Positions 15,140 to 30,330 of a stretch of 64,000 nt of DNA are shown in pieces (the stretch's first letter is position 1; each line of letters opens with the position of its first letter). The translations under genes and the position numbers were made by a program. A model generated the notes under the pieces. It ran no database searches. It had not been told where the DNA came from and saw only the letters and a program-made list of their open reading frames with translations. This DNA comes from Octopus sinensis (taxonomy: Eukaryota), in assembly GCF_006345805.1 (NCBI RefSeq), contig NC_043012.1:41974001-42038000 (forward strand), written 5' to 3'.

Positions 15140-16640
15140 CTCCCTTTTCACCTTGCTAGAGTTACACCTCTTCACTTACACCGCCGGTGTCAAAATCTAT
15201 AATACAAGATAAACCCACTGCGTAGTTTTGATAGAGAAAAAGGGGTAGAAATACAGAGAGGGAAAGTAAAAATAAAAAATAAACAAAGAAAATAAAATGG
15301 AAAAAAAAAGAACAAATTCTCAGCGACAATGCTCTTCTCAATACGTGTGATGTCTCAGTTAAGACAACCTTTTGCACTTCCTGCTTGGATGGTAAGCCAG
15401 GGATCATTCGTAAATAATTTTCAATTCCTTTTATAATCATTCCAAGTGTTCCTACAATCACTGGCATTGTAACCGTCTTGAGATGCCACATCTTTTCAAT
15501 TTCGATTACCGAATCTTTATATTTTCCGAGCTTGTCAAATTCTTTTGCTGAGAAGTTAAGGTCACAGGATTTGCTCATGTCAATCAATAAACAGACTCTA
15601 TTGTTTTGGTCTTTCACAACAATATCTGGTTTATTTGTTTTGATGGTCGGTTTGTTCATACTAGAAAGTCCCAAAGAATCGTTACATTTCCCTCTTACAG
15701 CTTCAGGGTGTACCATTTGTCTTCAGTTTTGATTTTATAATGCCAACACATTATCCAATGGAGATATTGGCCAACTCTGTCATGTCTTGATTTGTACTCT
15801 CCATGTCCTAAAACCTTACACCTAGAGATTAGGTGGTCCACTGTTTCAATCCCATCATTGCAGTATCAGCACTTTGGATCTACACCATTTTTCATCACAT
15901 TGGCTTGGTAGTCCCGGGTCAATAAGCTCTGATCTTGAGCAGGCAAGATAAAGCCTTCACTCTCTGCCTATAGCCCGGAGCTCAGTAGCCACTGATGGGT
16001 GTGCTTCTCATGTTCATCAGCTTGTTTGTCACGGGCCACATATTTGCCATGCAGAGGTTTTTGTTCCCACCTATCAGCCAATTGTTCGAGCGTATTTTGC
16101 TTTGCTATTGATTTCACCTTCTTCGCAGCTACAGTTGCCGCACTTCCATCGTGCTGTTTGATCTGGGTATTATGCATAAACTCACTTGAAAATATTGGCT
16201 TTCCTTCATAACAGAATGAAGTTACTTACATCTTTGGTGGCTTTCGACGATCTTTAGCAACCAGTCGTTAGATGTTTTGAAGATATTTTACCAGTCTAAT
16301 TGTGGTGGTATTTTAAGATATTTCAAACTTGAGCTCTGAGTAGGTAAAGACGATCTGCCTCTGCCTTTGGGTGGTGCATTTTATTGCAAGTCAGCAGCTT
16401 ACGTATTTTCCTGTCAATCTTCCTTATTTCGCTCATATTCCAGTTCAACACATTGAAAATGTAACAACCGGAACAGCTAAGAATTTATAGCTAACATTAT
16501 GTTATGTGCATTTAGCTAAGATTTTAGGACTGCTCGAACTTTCTTGTAACATTCCTTCGTTGTCTTCTCTTTCATGCTTGCATGCCGAATGCTAGAGCCC
16601 CCATTTATGCTGAGGTATGTTTGTAAGTTTGTTCCTGCTC
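15140..16640 (-). mobile_element. 5'-truncated, decayed R4/Dong-like (RLE-type) non-LTR retrotransposon
   Basis: Minus strand gives LNAHNIMLAINSLAVPV..DRKIRKLL..HHPKAEADRLY, then PLHGKY..QWLLSSGL, then KPDIVVKDQ..CLLIDM..KLGKYKD..VIVGTLG (PD..D restriction-like endonuclease). Multiple frameshifts and stops. Confidence 0.85.
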
Positions 16641-16756
16641 GAGTTCTATTATAACTGTGTCAACATCTAACACCACTGAATGTGAGGTCTTCGATTTCTC
16701 TTTCTGGAAAGTGGTATTGGCACATTTCTCAAGACCAAGTGATTATTATTATTATG

Positions 16757-16787
<31 letters not shown>

Positions 16788-19551
16788 ACGTCGCCCACTA
16801 TACAATATCGTGACGTTGTTGATTGAAGATATTGTGTCTACGGGGCGGGGGTTGCACTGTTTGTCAAGTCACAACAAGAACCTCAGACAAACAGTATTTT
16901 ACACAATATACGAGTTTTCACCAGGTTGAGTAGCTCACCCTGCATAAAGCCTGCAGAATCGTTAGCAAGCCGGGCAAAATGCGTGGCAGCATTTCGTTCT
17001 TCTTTGCGATATAAGTTCAAATTCTGCTGCGGTCAAGTTTGCCTTTCATCCTTTCGGGGTCAATAAAATAAGTACCAGTTGAACACTGGGGTTGATGCAA
17101 TCGATTTATCCTCTCCTCCGAAAGGGCTGACCTTGTGCCGAAATTTGAAACAGTATAATTGGTAATCATTCCCAATGTACACATCGAACCAAAGTGTGAT
17201 ACTTTGTTAATTAATTCTTGATTAGCTGAACTTTGTATGCCTGAGTTTGATATATCTGTATGTAAGTTGGAAGTAGCAAAGTCGATGTGTTGGGAAGTAT
17301 GTGACTAGCGAAGCATCTATGAAGCAAATACGAAGCTTCTGGATACCGATGTGGTAGTTTATACCTTTAAAACAAATATAGAGTTTGATTTTTCACGGTA
17401 GAGTGACACAAACAAAATTGTTTTATTGGGTAATTTTGTCACCTGGCATGTGACAAATACCTAGATCGAATTCTGTAAGCGGCTCTGTCACCGATTTTCT
17501 GTTTTAAATCAATGTCTTCTACAATTTATCTATATATTCGTCTTTGTGTGTTTCATTATATGCACATATGTGTGTGTGTGTGTATGAGAGACAGCTATGT
17601 GGTCTTATTTGTCAATGGGTGAAACTTACGTAATAGCATTGGGTTCAGGTGATTTCACCAGTCATGTGACATTGCCGGAATCCCCCATCACACACACACC
17701 ACCGACCATTCTGCTGATGAAGTCAGTTAGTTATGTTAGTTCTAGGCTGGCCTTACAAAAGGTTTTGGTAAATCGCTTGTAATAAGTCAAATTTAACCCT
17801 CTCCCCCAAACCCACATCCACACACACACACACACACATACACGTACACACACACATGTATACGTAGCTATTGTATTTTTGTGTGCGTTTGTCTGCATAT
17901 ATGCGTTGCTGTGTGGACTCTGGGCTGTCATGTGATCGATTGACGAAAGTACGTGAAGAGAAAGAGAGAGTGAGAAGAGAAGAAGAAATGGACTGAAGGA
18001 AAGGAGGAAGGGGTTATAAGATTATGATGAACAGCGAGGGAATGTACTCCGTGCCACATTTGTCCACCATTCGCAGTAGCAGACATTCACACTGCTGATC
18101 GTCAAATACTTTCTTTGATAATCAGCTTTTGTTGGCCGGTTCCCGCCTGGTTCTACATTTCTTTGGTGAATTTAAAAGAAAGTAACAGAGAGGGGGGATA
18201 GATAGAGAGAGAGAGGGGGGACGAGAGAGAGGGAAGTTAGGTGAGCATAAAGAGAAGCGGCGATAGGGTAATGAGAAAGGAGCAAGCAAATGAGATACAG
18301 ACGGAAAGAACTAAAGAGAGAAGAGAAAAGGGAGGAGGTGCTGGGGGGGATTGTTGATAAACTGGTTTTCATTTTATTCATATGGATTGTGTGTGTGTGA
18401 CTATGTATGTTTGTGTACGTGTGCATTTGTGCATACATGTGTCTGTGTGTGTGTGTACATGTATGTGTTAGAATAAAATTTCAATAAAAAGTATTGAAAT
18501 TTAAGAGAGAAAAAATCCTGTTATTTGTATTAGAAAGTATTCAGACAGGAGGTTGTTTGTATTAACTGCAGCTGTATTGTTGTTGTTGTTGTTTTCTGTT
18601 GTTGCTGTCGTTTTGCTTTGCGTAATGATGACGATGATAATGATAACGACGATGATGATCATAGCGTTGTTGTTGTTGGTGGTGGTGGTGGTGTATAGAG
18701 TTGCACAAGCAATCCGTTATAGACACCTCCAAACCACGACACTGAGGTTTCTAATTCTACAGCCGGAGACGGTAAATGTGAATGTCATTCTAAGGTGAAA
18801 TGCTGGAGCAACATCCTGTGGTCATTTTTCTTTTTTCCTTTTCACTAATGGTACTCTTCAAAAAACGGCTTCAATTCTCCTGAAGTGTGTCCAGAACTGT
18901 TCGGCCCACTTTGGTTTCCAGTGTGTCCGTTACTATGACAGTGTCGTCGTCCACGTATGTAGACACGACACTCCTGTTTCCAAGTTCGAACAGTTGCTTC
19001 TCAATGTTTTCAACCTCCATGGTAATGGTTTCAGCACTAAAACATACGAAAGAAACGAAAATGACGGGCAAGTTGGCGAGATGAAGGAAATTTGAGGAAC
19101 CGTTCCGACAAGTGGCCGCGTAATTTGACCACCAAAGAAACGTTGTTGCGCATTGTAAAGATGGGGCTTTTGAAGACGAGATCTAAACAGGTTATGATTA
19201 AGACCAACAACCTAGTAAAAATGATCGACCTTGATTAATCTAAATTGATCAGAGCTTCACCGAACCCAGGCCTGGTACGAAACCTATCAAAGACGAATCT
19301 CATGAAGCGAAAGGTTTTGTAGAAGGAGTTCTTGGCAATTGCTCAAGTTTTAGGGTTTTGGTCAACGTCTTGGCAACCTGTTTCACCAAAGCTTTTCAAT
19401 TTGTGTTCTACAGAATTATTTAAAGAACTACCACTCGTCAGTTCACACGAGTTTAAGTGCTTCCAGTCAGCTACTAGTTACAAGAAACAGCTGCCAAGAC
19501 AAGTAGTAAACAAGTGTGCTGTATAACAGTAAAATTATTATTATTAATATC

Positions 19552-19597
<46 letters not shown>

Positions 19598-20042
19598 TAT
19601 TATTATTAAGGCGGCGAGCAGGCAGAATCGTTAGCGCGCCGGACAAAATGCCTAGCTGTAATTCGCTTGTCGCTACATTCTGAGTTCAAAATCCGCCGAG
19701 GTCGACTTTGCCTTTCATCAGTCCGGGGTCGATAAATTAAGTACTGATGAAACACTGGGGATCAAGGTAATCGACTATTCCCCTACCCCCGAATTTCAGA
19801 CCTTGTGCCTATAATAGAAAGGATTATTATTATTTTCATATACCCACAACAGATTAGACTGCTAGAAAAGAATATTCTAACATCGGGTTACAAGTAACCT
19901 TAGAACGCTCCTAAATATCCTAACTGCCCTAATAACACTGAAATTTTGGGTAGAGCGTTTAAGTCGATTATATCGACTCCAGTACTCCACTGATACTTAA
20001 TTTATCGACTCCAAAAGGATGAAAGGAAAATCGACCTCGGCG

Positions 20043-20100
<58 letters not shown>

Positions 20101-21145
20101 TGATAAACCCTCCCACACACACACACATTGCAATAACTTCAAACGTCAGCTTGAACACGTGATGTATGTTTTATAAATGATAATATATGTATATTTATGT
20201 TATTTTATTCCGTTGTACTTTGTAAAACAAACTCAAAAAAGAATACAATTGCCAGCGTTCTTTGGGGGTTTTTTCCCGCCTTCCATTCCACCCTTCCTAA
20301 ATACTTGATTAACCTTTTCTTTTCCTGAATCTATAAATATATATTTGTGTAGATAGACCACTTCAACGTAGGAAAGGCCCGTTTGAATTCATTATTGTTA
20401 AATTATTTGGTTTTGCTTATTCTGAGAACTATTACGAAAGGAAGTCCTATACAGGTTGTCTCTTATATCAACAAACAAGACACAGCCATAGTTGTGTTGT
20501 GAAGAAGTTCACTTGCCATCACGTGATTCGAGTTTCAGTTAACCCTACCGAGTGACTCTTTGAGAAAGTTTCCTGCGACATAACCTCTGAGTGAGTCGTG
20601 TGAGAGAAGTTTTTAGACCCAAAACAACTGAACAGTTCACTGTAGGGTGCGGATCGTCTTACTCTTTTTCTTTTCTTTCTCTCCTTTTGAATATAGAATT
20701 AATTCACCGGTCGATTTAATACTGTCATGTGACCTCCAAGAATGGTTCGGACACTGCCTCGAGTCTGAAGGAACTCTCTTCACTTTTTAATTAATCTACC
20801 TATACCCGACTCGCGAAAAGAACTCCTTGCTGTTCACATTTTATGGCCATGGGCTAATATTTAAAAGTCACTATTAGTTTATTTCTATTAGTTTATTGTG
20901 TGTGTGTGTGTGTGTGCAATTCACCCACCCACCTACACACTGCCATCCCCCCGCACCCATATATGTATGTATGTATGTATGTATGCATGTATGTATGTAT
21001 GTATGTATATGTTATACATTTATGTATATGAATATATATATGTACGCACTTTGTATGTATATATAATGTGTGTGTTTGTGTTAGTCTTGGATTTGTTGCT
21101 GTTGGTAATGACGCTTTTTATCAGTAGTTTAACAATGGTAGCTTG

Positions 21146-21181
<36 letters not shown>

Positions 21182-21192
21182 ACACACACACA

Positions 21193-21239
<47 letters not shown>

Positions 21240-21256
21240 ATATATATATATATATA

Positions 21257-21460
21257 CAGTGTACATTTAAGCACATAAGAGGTAGCCATCATAGGACTAC
21301 CTACACGCTAGAGAGGACAATTAAATTCCGAACCACTATTAGAGACAAAAATCGAAGGGATTCGATTTCTATCTCTAATAGTGGTTCGGAATGTAACTAT
21401 CCTCTCTAGCGTGTAAGTAGTCCTATGATGGCTAACTCTTATGTACTTAAATATACACTG
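21257..21460. mobile_element. Tc1/mariner-type MITE (almost wholly palindromic)
   Basis: TA|CAGTGTA...TACACTG|TA termini with TA target duplication. Arms pair to a short central loop. Shares acacgcta(a)gag(a)ggacaatta with 12098-12352. Confidence 0.75.
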
Positions 21461-21662
21461 TATTTATATGAATAATATATAGTCTATTGACTAAATTCTT
21501 ACACGCTAGGCCACTGGTAATGGACATTTCTAATATTTCCGATTACCCTTTGATAATATCATATATATATATAAAGGGTAATCGGAAATATTAGATATTT
21601 ATATATAAATATTAGATATTTATATATACATACACATATATATAATTCCTCTTTTTTTCCAG

Positions 21663-21914
21663 ATTTTTCTAAAATATCATCATTTGGATCAACTGAACAT
21701 GAGGAAAATGGAGTTAGAGCGGGGTGTCATCATGCTACAAGCCGCGGTTCGCGGATTTCTAGCTAGACGTCGCTTCCGTCGCATGTTAAGAAACTGGAAT
21801 AAAAGTGAAGAAATTGCGCGACGCAAATTGGAAGAAATTGCCTTCGAAACTTTCAAACCATCCACAATTATGTCGACCAAGAAGACGAATATCAATGAAG
21901 ACGCAGACAACTAC
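21663..21914 (+). CDS. CHS: Myosin-motor chitin synthase exon: end of motor domain plus IQ motif
   Basis: cctctttttttccAG acceptor, TAC|gtaagt donor, 84 codons, phase 0/0. IFLKYHHLDQL completes the myosin GxTKVFLK motif. LQAAVRGFLARRRF is a canonical IQxxxRGxxxR motif. Confidence 0.93.
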
Positions 21915-22480
21915 GTAAGTCACATCTAAAACTTGTTGGGTATGCTTCATTGGAAAAGTAAGCAAGTGTGTGTGCGTGTGTGTGTCTGTATGGGTGGTCT
22001 CAGGCACTAGACAATGCTAGAACATTGTGACCAAACGGAGTCGAGGGTTTATTCTTTTCCCTAAGTTCAATCCTGTATATATTTTAATGTATTATATATT
22101 AAATATATTGTATATATTATAGTACATTTATTGAATTGCTAATTCATGTTTTCACATATACACATACAACACCGGTTTATATATATATCTATTCTTTGGT
22201 TTTCAAACGGCTGTGGCCATGGTGGAGCACAACACAGCAACCAACATAGTTACGCTCATAGTTTTGGTTCATTCTGCCATTGATATTTCTAAATGAGGTT
22301 CTTTGGTATAGCTGCCATTGTATGCATCTTTTGTAAGGCATATGGTGTAAGTCCACCAAGGATAATACACAGTATATTGTACACTAATGCTTGAGTGTGC
22401 TGATATCTATATTTATACATTTATGATAATATATTTTTAAATTGCGTACTGTTTTTCTATTCCTGCTCCTTTTATAGAGC

Positions 22481-22660
22481 ACTAGCAGCTAAGCCCGGTT
22501 TCACCCGGTCTGTTTGGATGATGTGGCTGTGATCGCTTTCGATTAGTCATAATCTATAACAGAGTTTCTCAACCTTATCATTTCGGTAATCGTATAAAAT
22601 TTTTACGATAGTTGATTTATGGAAAAGATTGTTAAATTTTTGAAACGCAAATATGTGAAT
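22481..22660 (-). mobile_element. Helitron-like 3' end
   Basis: Minus strand GACCGGGTGAAACCGGGC hairpin followed by ttagctgCTAG|t. The upstream boundary is uncertain. Confidence 0.5.
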
Positions 22661-24029
22661 GAAAATTTAGTTCAGACCTCTACTTGATAGCTAGACCTGG
22701 TAGAATTAGCAACCAAATCTCCCTCAAAATACCATACTGTCTTAATCCGACAATTCTGCCTATTATGTAATTTGAATGAGAAACTGTAACTAAAGATTAA
22801 GATTATTAACCCCACAAAGATGTGAAAGAAGAGAGACAGCATAGCAAAAGTTTTGGCTGACTGTCATCCTGTACTCCCCTTGTTGCTAGCGAAATGGTAT
22901 ATGCCGGCTGTGTGAGCAAGTAGTTGTTTTAATGGCAGAACAAACAGGGGAATTCTATTAGAAAAGTTTTAATCGATTTTTTCTGTAACTATGAGGGCTA
23001 GGGAATAAATACAAACCGCATTCCAATCTATGCGCCCGTCTCCACATGCGCGCCATTTTTCACAAGAATCCACCCAGCCGTTTGGCTGTGAACCTCAAGA
23101 CAAGAAAGAATGTAACGATCGCCCATGTCCAGTTTATATTAGAGATTATACATCAAGAAGTTATGTCTTTTGGTTAGAGGTTATTCGCGGGCCGATGTTT
23201 TATTCTCCCGTAGCATTGTGTTACACGAGGTGGTATTTTGGCGGGAGCAGATGCTACGTCTTATTTTATCGCCTGATCGACATCAAAGCGTTGTAATTTC
23301 ATAAGTATGTTTATACTACCAGTGAATGACTTATGATAAATTTTACAGATATATTATGTATATATTTGCATGTGTATGTGTATGTCTCTCTCTTCTCTCT
23401 CTCTCTCTCTCTCACTCTGTATACACACGCACACACACATATATAAGGCAAGAATGGAGAACAGATTTCAAGGACAAGTCCCTTTATCAAATTAAATCAA
23501 TTCGCATATTGATATACAGTATTAATTCAAGTAAAAAAATATACAAATGAAATTGTATAATACATAAACGCACCTTCATTAATATGTTTGGTGTAAGCAT
23601 TCAAATTTTACGAACCGACGACGAGGTTATAAGGTACATACATACATACATATATACATATATATATACACATGGGTCTCCCGTCGAAGACAACGTGCGA
23701 GTGGTCAGCTTTTGCCGAGCGACCTGTACAGATGATTTGTTAATAGCGATCAAATGTTTGTTGTGCTGAACATCAGCTCACCCCGCCCCATCAAATCGAC
23801 GTTACCTGGACAGGTGCACAGGTGTACCACACGTCAGGTGTCGAAGTGATTGTAGAGCAATGTGAGATGAAGTGCTTTGCTTTAGAACACGACGCAACAC
23901 CCGGTCTAGGATTTGAAACCACGATATCACGATCGTGAGTGCAACACCCTAACTACCAGGTCATATATATAATACAATATACACATCTTTTATAACGTAT
24001 ATAATATTAAAGAGAACCTACATGCATTT

Positions 24030-24835
24030 ATCCTTTATCTATCACTGGGTTCAACCAGGGGCTGTGGCAATGCTGGGGCTCCGCCTTTCGGTGTGACCGG
24101 GTTTCTTTTCTGTATTGCTTCTGGTGAAGTAGGGAGGTGGACGGAGCTGTTCTTCTTCGTCTCTCCTGTCCTCGATGTCGGTTCATCCGATATCTCAGAT
24201 AAAAGTTTGCTCAAAGCTTCTTTGAAAACCTCCACATTTGCACCGTACATATCTGGGAGGTTGTTTTGCAGCATGCTAAACAGTTGTGGACCCTTGAAAC
24301 CTAAAATGTTATAGAACTGGTTTCTTATTCTAGACGGAGATGACGGGACTTTTGCTACTTCGCAATGCTGTCCAGTTCGGTGGTTGGTATAGTTTTCAAT
24401 ATCAAAGTTTGGCGCTAGACATTCCAGAATCTTCCATATGTATATTCCTGCATATTTCTCGCGTATTCCCTCTTGGAAGTAGAGCCTCAGTTCCTTTAGC
24501 CTCTCCCAGGAGCTCATGAGTTGCACCAGGTCAACCTTCTTTTTGTAGTGGCACCGGATTGCCCCGACTTCCTCTGTTAGTGTGTTGTTTTGTGGCGACC
24601 ATGATCAGGAGCAGTAATCTAAGCGACTGAAAGCTTTGTGTCCGTTTTTCTGGTTCTGAATGATCTCAGAATCCAACTAGTCACTCACCTGCACAGTGTT
24701 GGTAATGTGCACATCTTGGTAATATGCTCATGGGATGTTGCATCATTACTCACCTGGATTCCCAGGCCACTTTCAGATCCTGAGTGTGAGATGTGCATTA
24801 GTCAGGTCACACTTGGACAAACTGGACACCATTTA
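24030..24835 (-). mobile_element. Decayed CR1-group LINE 3' fragment
   Basis: ORF 24035-24526: SWERLKELRLY..REKYAGIYIWKILE..FKGPQLF..PDEPT. Upstream WILRSFRTR..SRLDYCS*SWSP. Confidence 0.85.
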
Positions 24836-25350
24836 TAAAAATAATGTATATGGGCACAGTCAAATGACTGAAGCTAGTAAAAGAAAGGCCTGAAATAGAG
24901 AGTTATATCAGTGTTGAGGCTCCATGCAAAAGAAACTCAATAAGGAAGGCGGGTACAACAATGCAACCAGCTCTGAACTCGTTAAACGCGGATATTCACA
25001 GAGGTGTAAAAAATGAAGACATTAAAGTTTCTAAGAGAAACAGACCTAACATCGCTTCTCAAATCAGTGGTGACGGGAAACGAACCGGCCGAAACATTGA
25101 TTAAACTGGATTTAAAGTTAAACCTAACACTACTAAAAGCAGTGTCTGAGGCACGAACCATCTGCAAATTCTAGGTATGGGGAAATCGCGGCAAATTTCC
25201 GCTTTGCATACCCTAAGCTTAGGCAGAATGCAGCTGATGGCAATAACCACTTTCCACTCAGCCAACAAAGATATTACATATCATGGAATATATTTATCGA
25301 TGTATGAATTGTGTGTGTGCGTGTATACACACACACATGCACACACACAT

Positions 25351-25502
<152 letters not shown>

Positions 25503-25539
25503 CAGACACATATATCTATATATATTTATATGTGTATGT

Positions 25540-25575
<36 letters not shown>

Positions 25576-26259
25576 ATATATATATATCGTATTTATAGAG
25601 AAAATATATATACATATATACATGTACACGAATATATACATACATGCATTCTCACGTGCCGGAACACATTTCTACATACGTACAAAGTACGAGCGGCGAA
25701 TAGAGAGATTCTTTTAAGATTTCTTATCCCCTAGACAGGAAAACCAACACCGACGAAATGCAATAACAACATCAACAACAGCATTAGCAATTTACATCTT
25801 ATAAAGTTGATTTGCACAACAAATAGCCTTACTCAACTAAGCAAGCATAACACACTGAAGAGTTCCTTTGTTAAATCAGTTGGTTACATCATAGTAATGC
25901 CCCTTGTTTTCGTAAGGATTTATTCATTGCCGTCCATATTTCTCTGCATAAAACACATATATAATGTATGTGTGTGTTTATGGGTATGCATGCTTCTGTA
26001 TTTTCTTTACAGTTTTCTCTGTATGCTTACTTACACATATTCAAACATATGGGTGATTAAATACGTATGCACAAGTGTATGTGCATGTGTGTGTGTGTAT
26101 GTGTGTGTGTGTGTGTGTGTGTATGTGTGTGTATGTGTGTGTATGTGTGTGTACTTTTATCTACTGAGAAAATATGGCGCATACATAAAAACATGTATGT
26201 ATGTATATGCATACAAACATATTTATATGAAATATATGCGGATGGTGTATGTGGGTGTG

Positions 26260-26293
<34 letters not shown>

Positions 26294-26512
26294 TGTATGT
26301 ATGTATGTATGTATGTATGTATGTGTGTATGTATGTATGTATGTATGCATGCATGCATGCATGTATATGCATATATGTCTGTATGTATATCAATGCATCG
26401 GATTTTTCGCATATGGAGATATATAACCCGAATGATAATTCGCATATCAATGTGTGTGTGTGTGTGTGTATGTGTGTGTGTGTGTGTGTGTGTATGTGTG
26501 TGTGTGTATGTG

Positions 26513-26553
<41 letters not shown>

Positions 26554-27240
26554 CTTTTCGTCACTATGTGTATGTACCGTTGTGTACGCGTATATAAATG
26601 TATCTACTCTGAGCATAAGTTTGTCTGTGTATACCAGTATATGTTCTTGTGTGTGTTTGATATATGTGTATATGAACCTATGTGTATGTGTGACTGTGTG
26701 CCATTGTGTACGTGTAGGTTTGTATATGACCTAAGTATATGTGTAGGTATGAGCGTATGTATGAGCGTATATACATATGTCTATGTGTATATGTATGTGT
26801 GTGTAGAGGGAGAGATGGACTTCTTCTCTACTGAATTCTCAGGGTAGCCAGAAAGACAAAAGAAAATCACTTGGGTAAACTAGGGGATTTAAAGGTGAAT
26901 CGCAAAGCGGACCCGAGAAAAGATATTTTTAAAAGAAAAGAAAAAGAAAAAATACACACAAAAACACTAAAAACTATTTTTAAAAAACAAGCAGAAAAAA
27001 TGTTGCTTAAATTATTTTTTGTTGTTTCTATAAAGAAATGATAAAAGACAATTTTCGAAAAAAGAAATTCAGCGAAAAGAAACGGAATTAAAAGACAAAA
27101 AGTGCATATAGAAATACAAGATTCTTTTGTTATAAAATTCGTTAAATTCCCGAAAAGTCCTTCCAAAAGAAAATATTTAAAGTTTATAGTTTTTTAGTTA
27201 TCAGCAGCAGTTTCAAGGAGAAAAGACGACAGATTACATA

Positions 27241-27290
<50 letters not shown>

Positions 27291-28229
27291 ATTGTGTTAT
27301 TTTTAATCAGCAGAAAATTAGAAAAGTAGCCCAAGAGCTGAGAGTTTCACGCATGGCACTTATCACATATGCACACAAAACACACATATACGTACATACA
27401 TACATGCATACATACATACACGCATCACACATTCACAGGCGTGTGTGTGAGTGAAGAATTTATTAATTAGATCAAAAATTCTTTCGTCTTTTTCACCTTC
27501 TTCTGCTGCCTTCATTGACCTTCACTTAGACATTTTCTCCCTGGAATTTGTGCTCAACGAATGTGTCTGTAGAGATGGAGGAGGGGAGTGTCTGAGAGAT
27601 TTGCTTAGGAAAGTATGAAATTTAAATGTTAAGGTCATCATAACAGTAATATTTGTTGGTGGGGTGGAGACGAACGAATGAAATCTGTCAGACACTCATA
27701 CATACACACAAAAGCACACACATACACATACACAATCACATACACATACACACACACACATACATATATCATATAACACATAGTATATTTATATATCTTA
27801 TAATTATCGTATATATTATATTATATTATATCATATTATATTATATTATATTATATTATATTATAATATATCATATTATATCAAGTCATATAATATAAAA
27901 TATTATAATCGGAAAAGGACTGGTATAATCATTTTACAGTTTAATGAAGTAATTTATAATGTAATTTTAACTAGGACTCAGTTAAATTTGTTTATCTAAT
28001 TTGCATAAGAGTGCATGCGTCTAGGGTGTATTAATTTATTACATATACCTACACCAAATACAAATATAACCATGCATATTAACACAACTTCCACACTATA
28101 TAAACAATATACGTTTATTATCTTGTAAGTAAATATGAATATATATAAAAATATATATTGGAAATTCGATTTAGTATTACTAAATTGAGTTTTTCCCAGT
28201 AAGTTGGAATAATATTCCCTAATATTACT

Positions 28230-28257
28230 TATATATATATATATATATATATATATC

Positions 28258-28345
<88 letters not shown>

Positions 28346-28398
28346 ATGTATATATATATATATAATATATTAGTATTTAATATATTATATATATATAT

Positions 28399-28429
<31 letters not shown>

Positions 28430-28441
28430 CATATATTATAT

Positions 28442-28520
<79 letters not shown>

Positions 28521-29232
28521 CGCAGGAGTGGCTGTGTGGTAAGTAGCTGCTAACCAACCACATGGTTCGGGTTCAGTCCCACTGCGTGGGCATCTTTGGC
28601 AAGAGTCTTCTTCTATAGCCCCGGGCCGACCAAAGCCTTGTGAGTGGATTTGGTAGACGGAAACTGAAAGAAGCCTGTCGTATATATGTATATATGTTGC
28701 GTGTGTGTTTGTGTTTTGTCACCCTAGCATTGCTTGACAACCGATGCTGGTGTGTTTACGTCCCCGTCACTTAGCGGTTCGGCAAAAGAGACCGATAGAA
28801 TAAGTACTGGGCTTACAAAGAATAAGTCCCAGGGTCGATTTGCTCAATTAAAGGCGGTGCTCCAGCATGGCCGCTGTCAAATGACTGAAACAAGACAAAA
28901 AAGGACAAAAGAGTAAATATATTATATATATTATACATATATTATATATATAGTATATATTACATATATATGTATAATATATATATATATATATAAGATA
29001 TATAATATATATCTACATGTATATATATATATATGTCTATATATAGAATATACATATAATATATACATACATATATGTATCATATAATATATATATATAA
29101 CATATATATTATATATATAATATATATTTAATATATATATAATATATATTTATATATATTATTATATATATATATATATATTATATATATATGTATATAT
29201 ATATATTAGATAGATAGATAGATAGACAGACA

Positions 29233-29267
<35 letters not shown>

Positions 29268-29275
29268 GTACAGAC

Positions 29276-29353
<78 letters not shown>

Positions 29354-30084
29354 CAGACAGATAGATAGATATAAAATCAATATATATAATGTACATATAT
29401 ATAACATATAATATAATATAATATATATTCATATAATATCTATGTTATAATATATATTATATAATATAATATAATATATACGAGATATATGATATATATA
29501 TATATATATATACGTATAACATATATAGATATGTATATAATGTATATATATAATATATATATGTAATATATATATATTATTAATATATAGATAATATGTA
29601 ATATATATATATAATATATATGTAATATATATAATATATATATATGATATATAATATATGTATATAAGATGTATTTATATATAATATATGTATATATAAT
29701 ATATATAATATAGTATATATATAATGTATAATATATATATAATATATATAATAATATGTATTATATATATATATATACATATATGTATATATGATATAGA
29801 TATAATATGATATATATATTGATATATATAATATATATATGTAATGTATATATATAATATATATATGCATATATAATATATATGATGTATAGATATGATA
29901 TATATATATATAATGTATATAAATAATATATTATATATGTATGTATAATATATATATATAATATATATAATATATATATGATACATATATGATATATTAT
30001 ATATGTGTATATGTATATATATATGTGTGTGTAACAGCAAAGTAAGTGACTGAAGGAAATAATTTCTCATTGACGCTCCCACGG

Positions 30085-30128
<44 letters not shown>

Positions 30129-30330
30129 TGTGTGTGTGGGTGTGTGTGTGTGTGCGAGCGCGTGTGTATGCATGTGTTTCAATGTATGGACGCATTTATG
30201 TATTATGCATATATATATATATATATGCGTATGCATGTATGTATATATATATATATATACATATACATACATGCATACGCATGTGTGTGTGTGCGCGCGT
30301 GCATGTGCGTCTGTGTGTCCCAGGTGCTAG
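28230..30330. repeat. Largest compound microsatellite/low-complexity field ((TA)n, (AGAT)n, (TG)n)
   Basis: Nearly pure AT dinucleotide-derived sequence apart from the SINE at 28518-28915. Similar fields at 8940-9565, 11580-13000, 25340-26800 and 59960-61470. Confidence 0.95.
28518..28915 (+). mobile_element. Near full-length tRNA-derived SINE (family B, CORE-like centre)
   Basis: Head ggcgcaggagtggctgtgtggtaag..ggttcagtccc, centre tttggcaagagtcttc..ggatttggtagacggaaactgaaagaagc, tail ggcggtgctccagcatggccgc..aatgactgaaac. Partial copies at 13590-13870(-), 14830-15000(-), 38280-38470(-), 39080-39240(-), 45373-46020, 48565-48830, 63060-63270. Confidence 0.82.

Noticed and set aside
24870-25175. 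Two overlapping protein-like frames of about 78 and 53 codons after a SINE tail
   Set aside because: Both end in stops before the only good donor, there is no convincing acceptor, and the lengths are within chance expectation.
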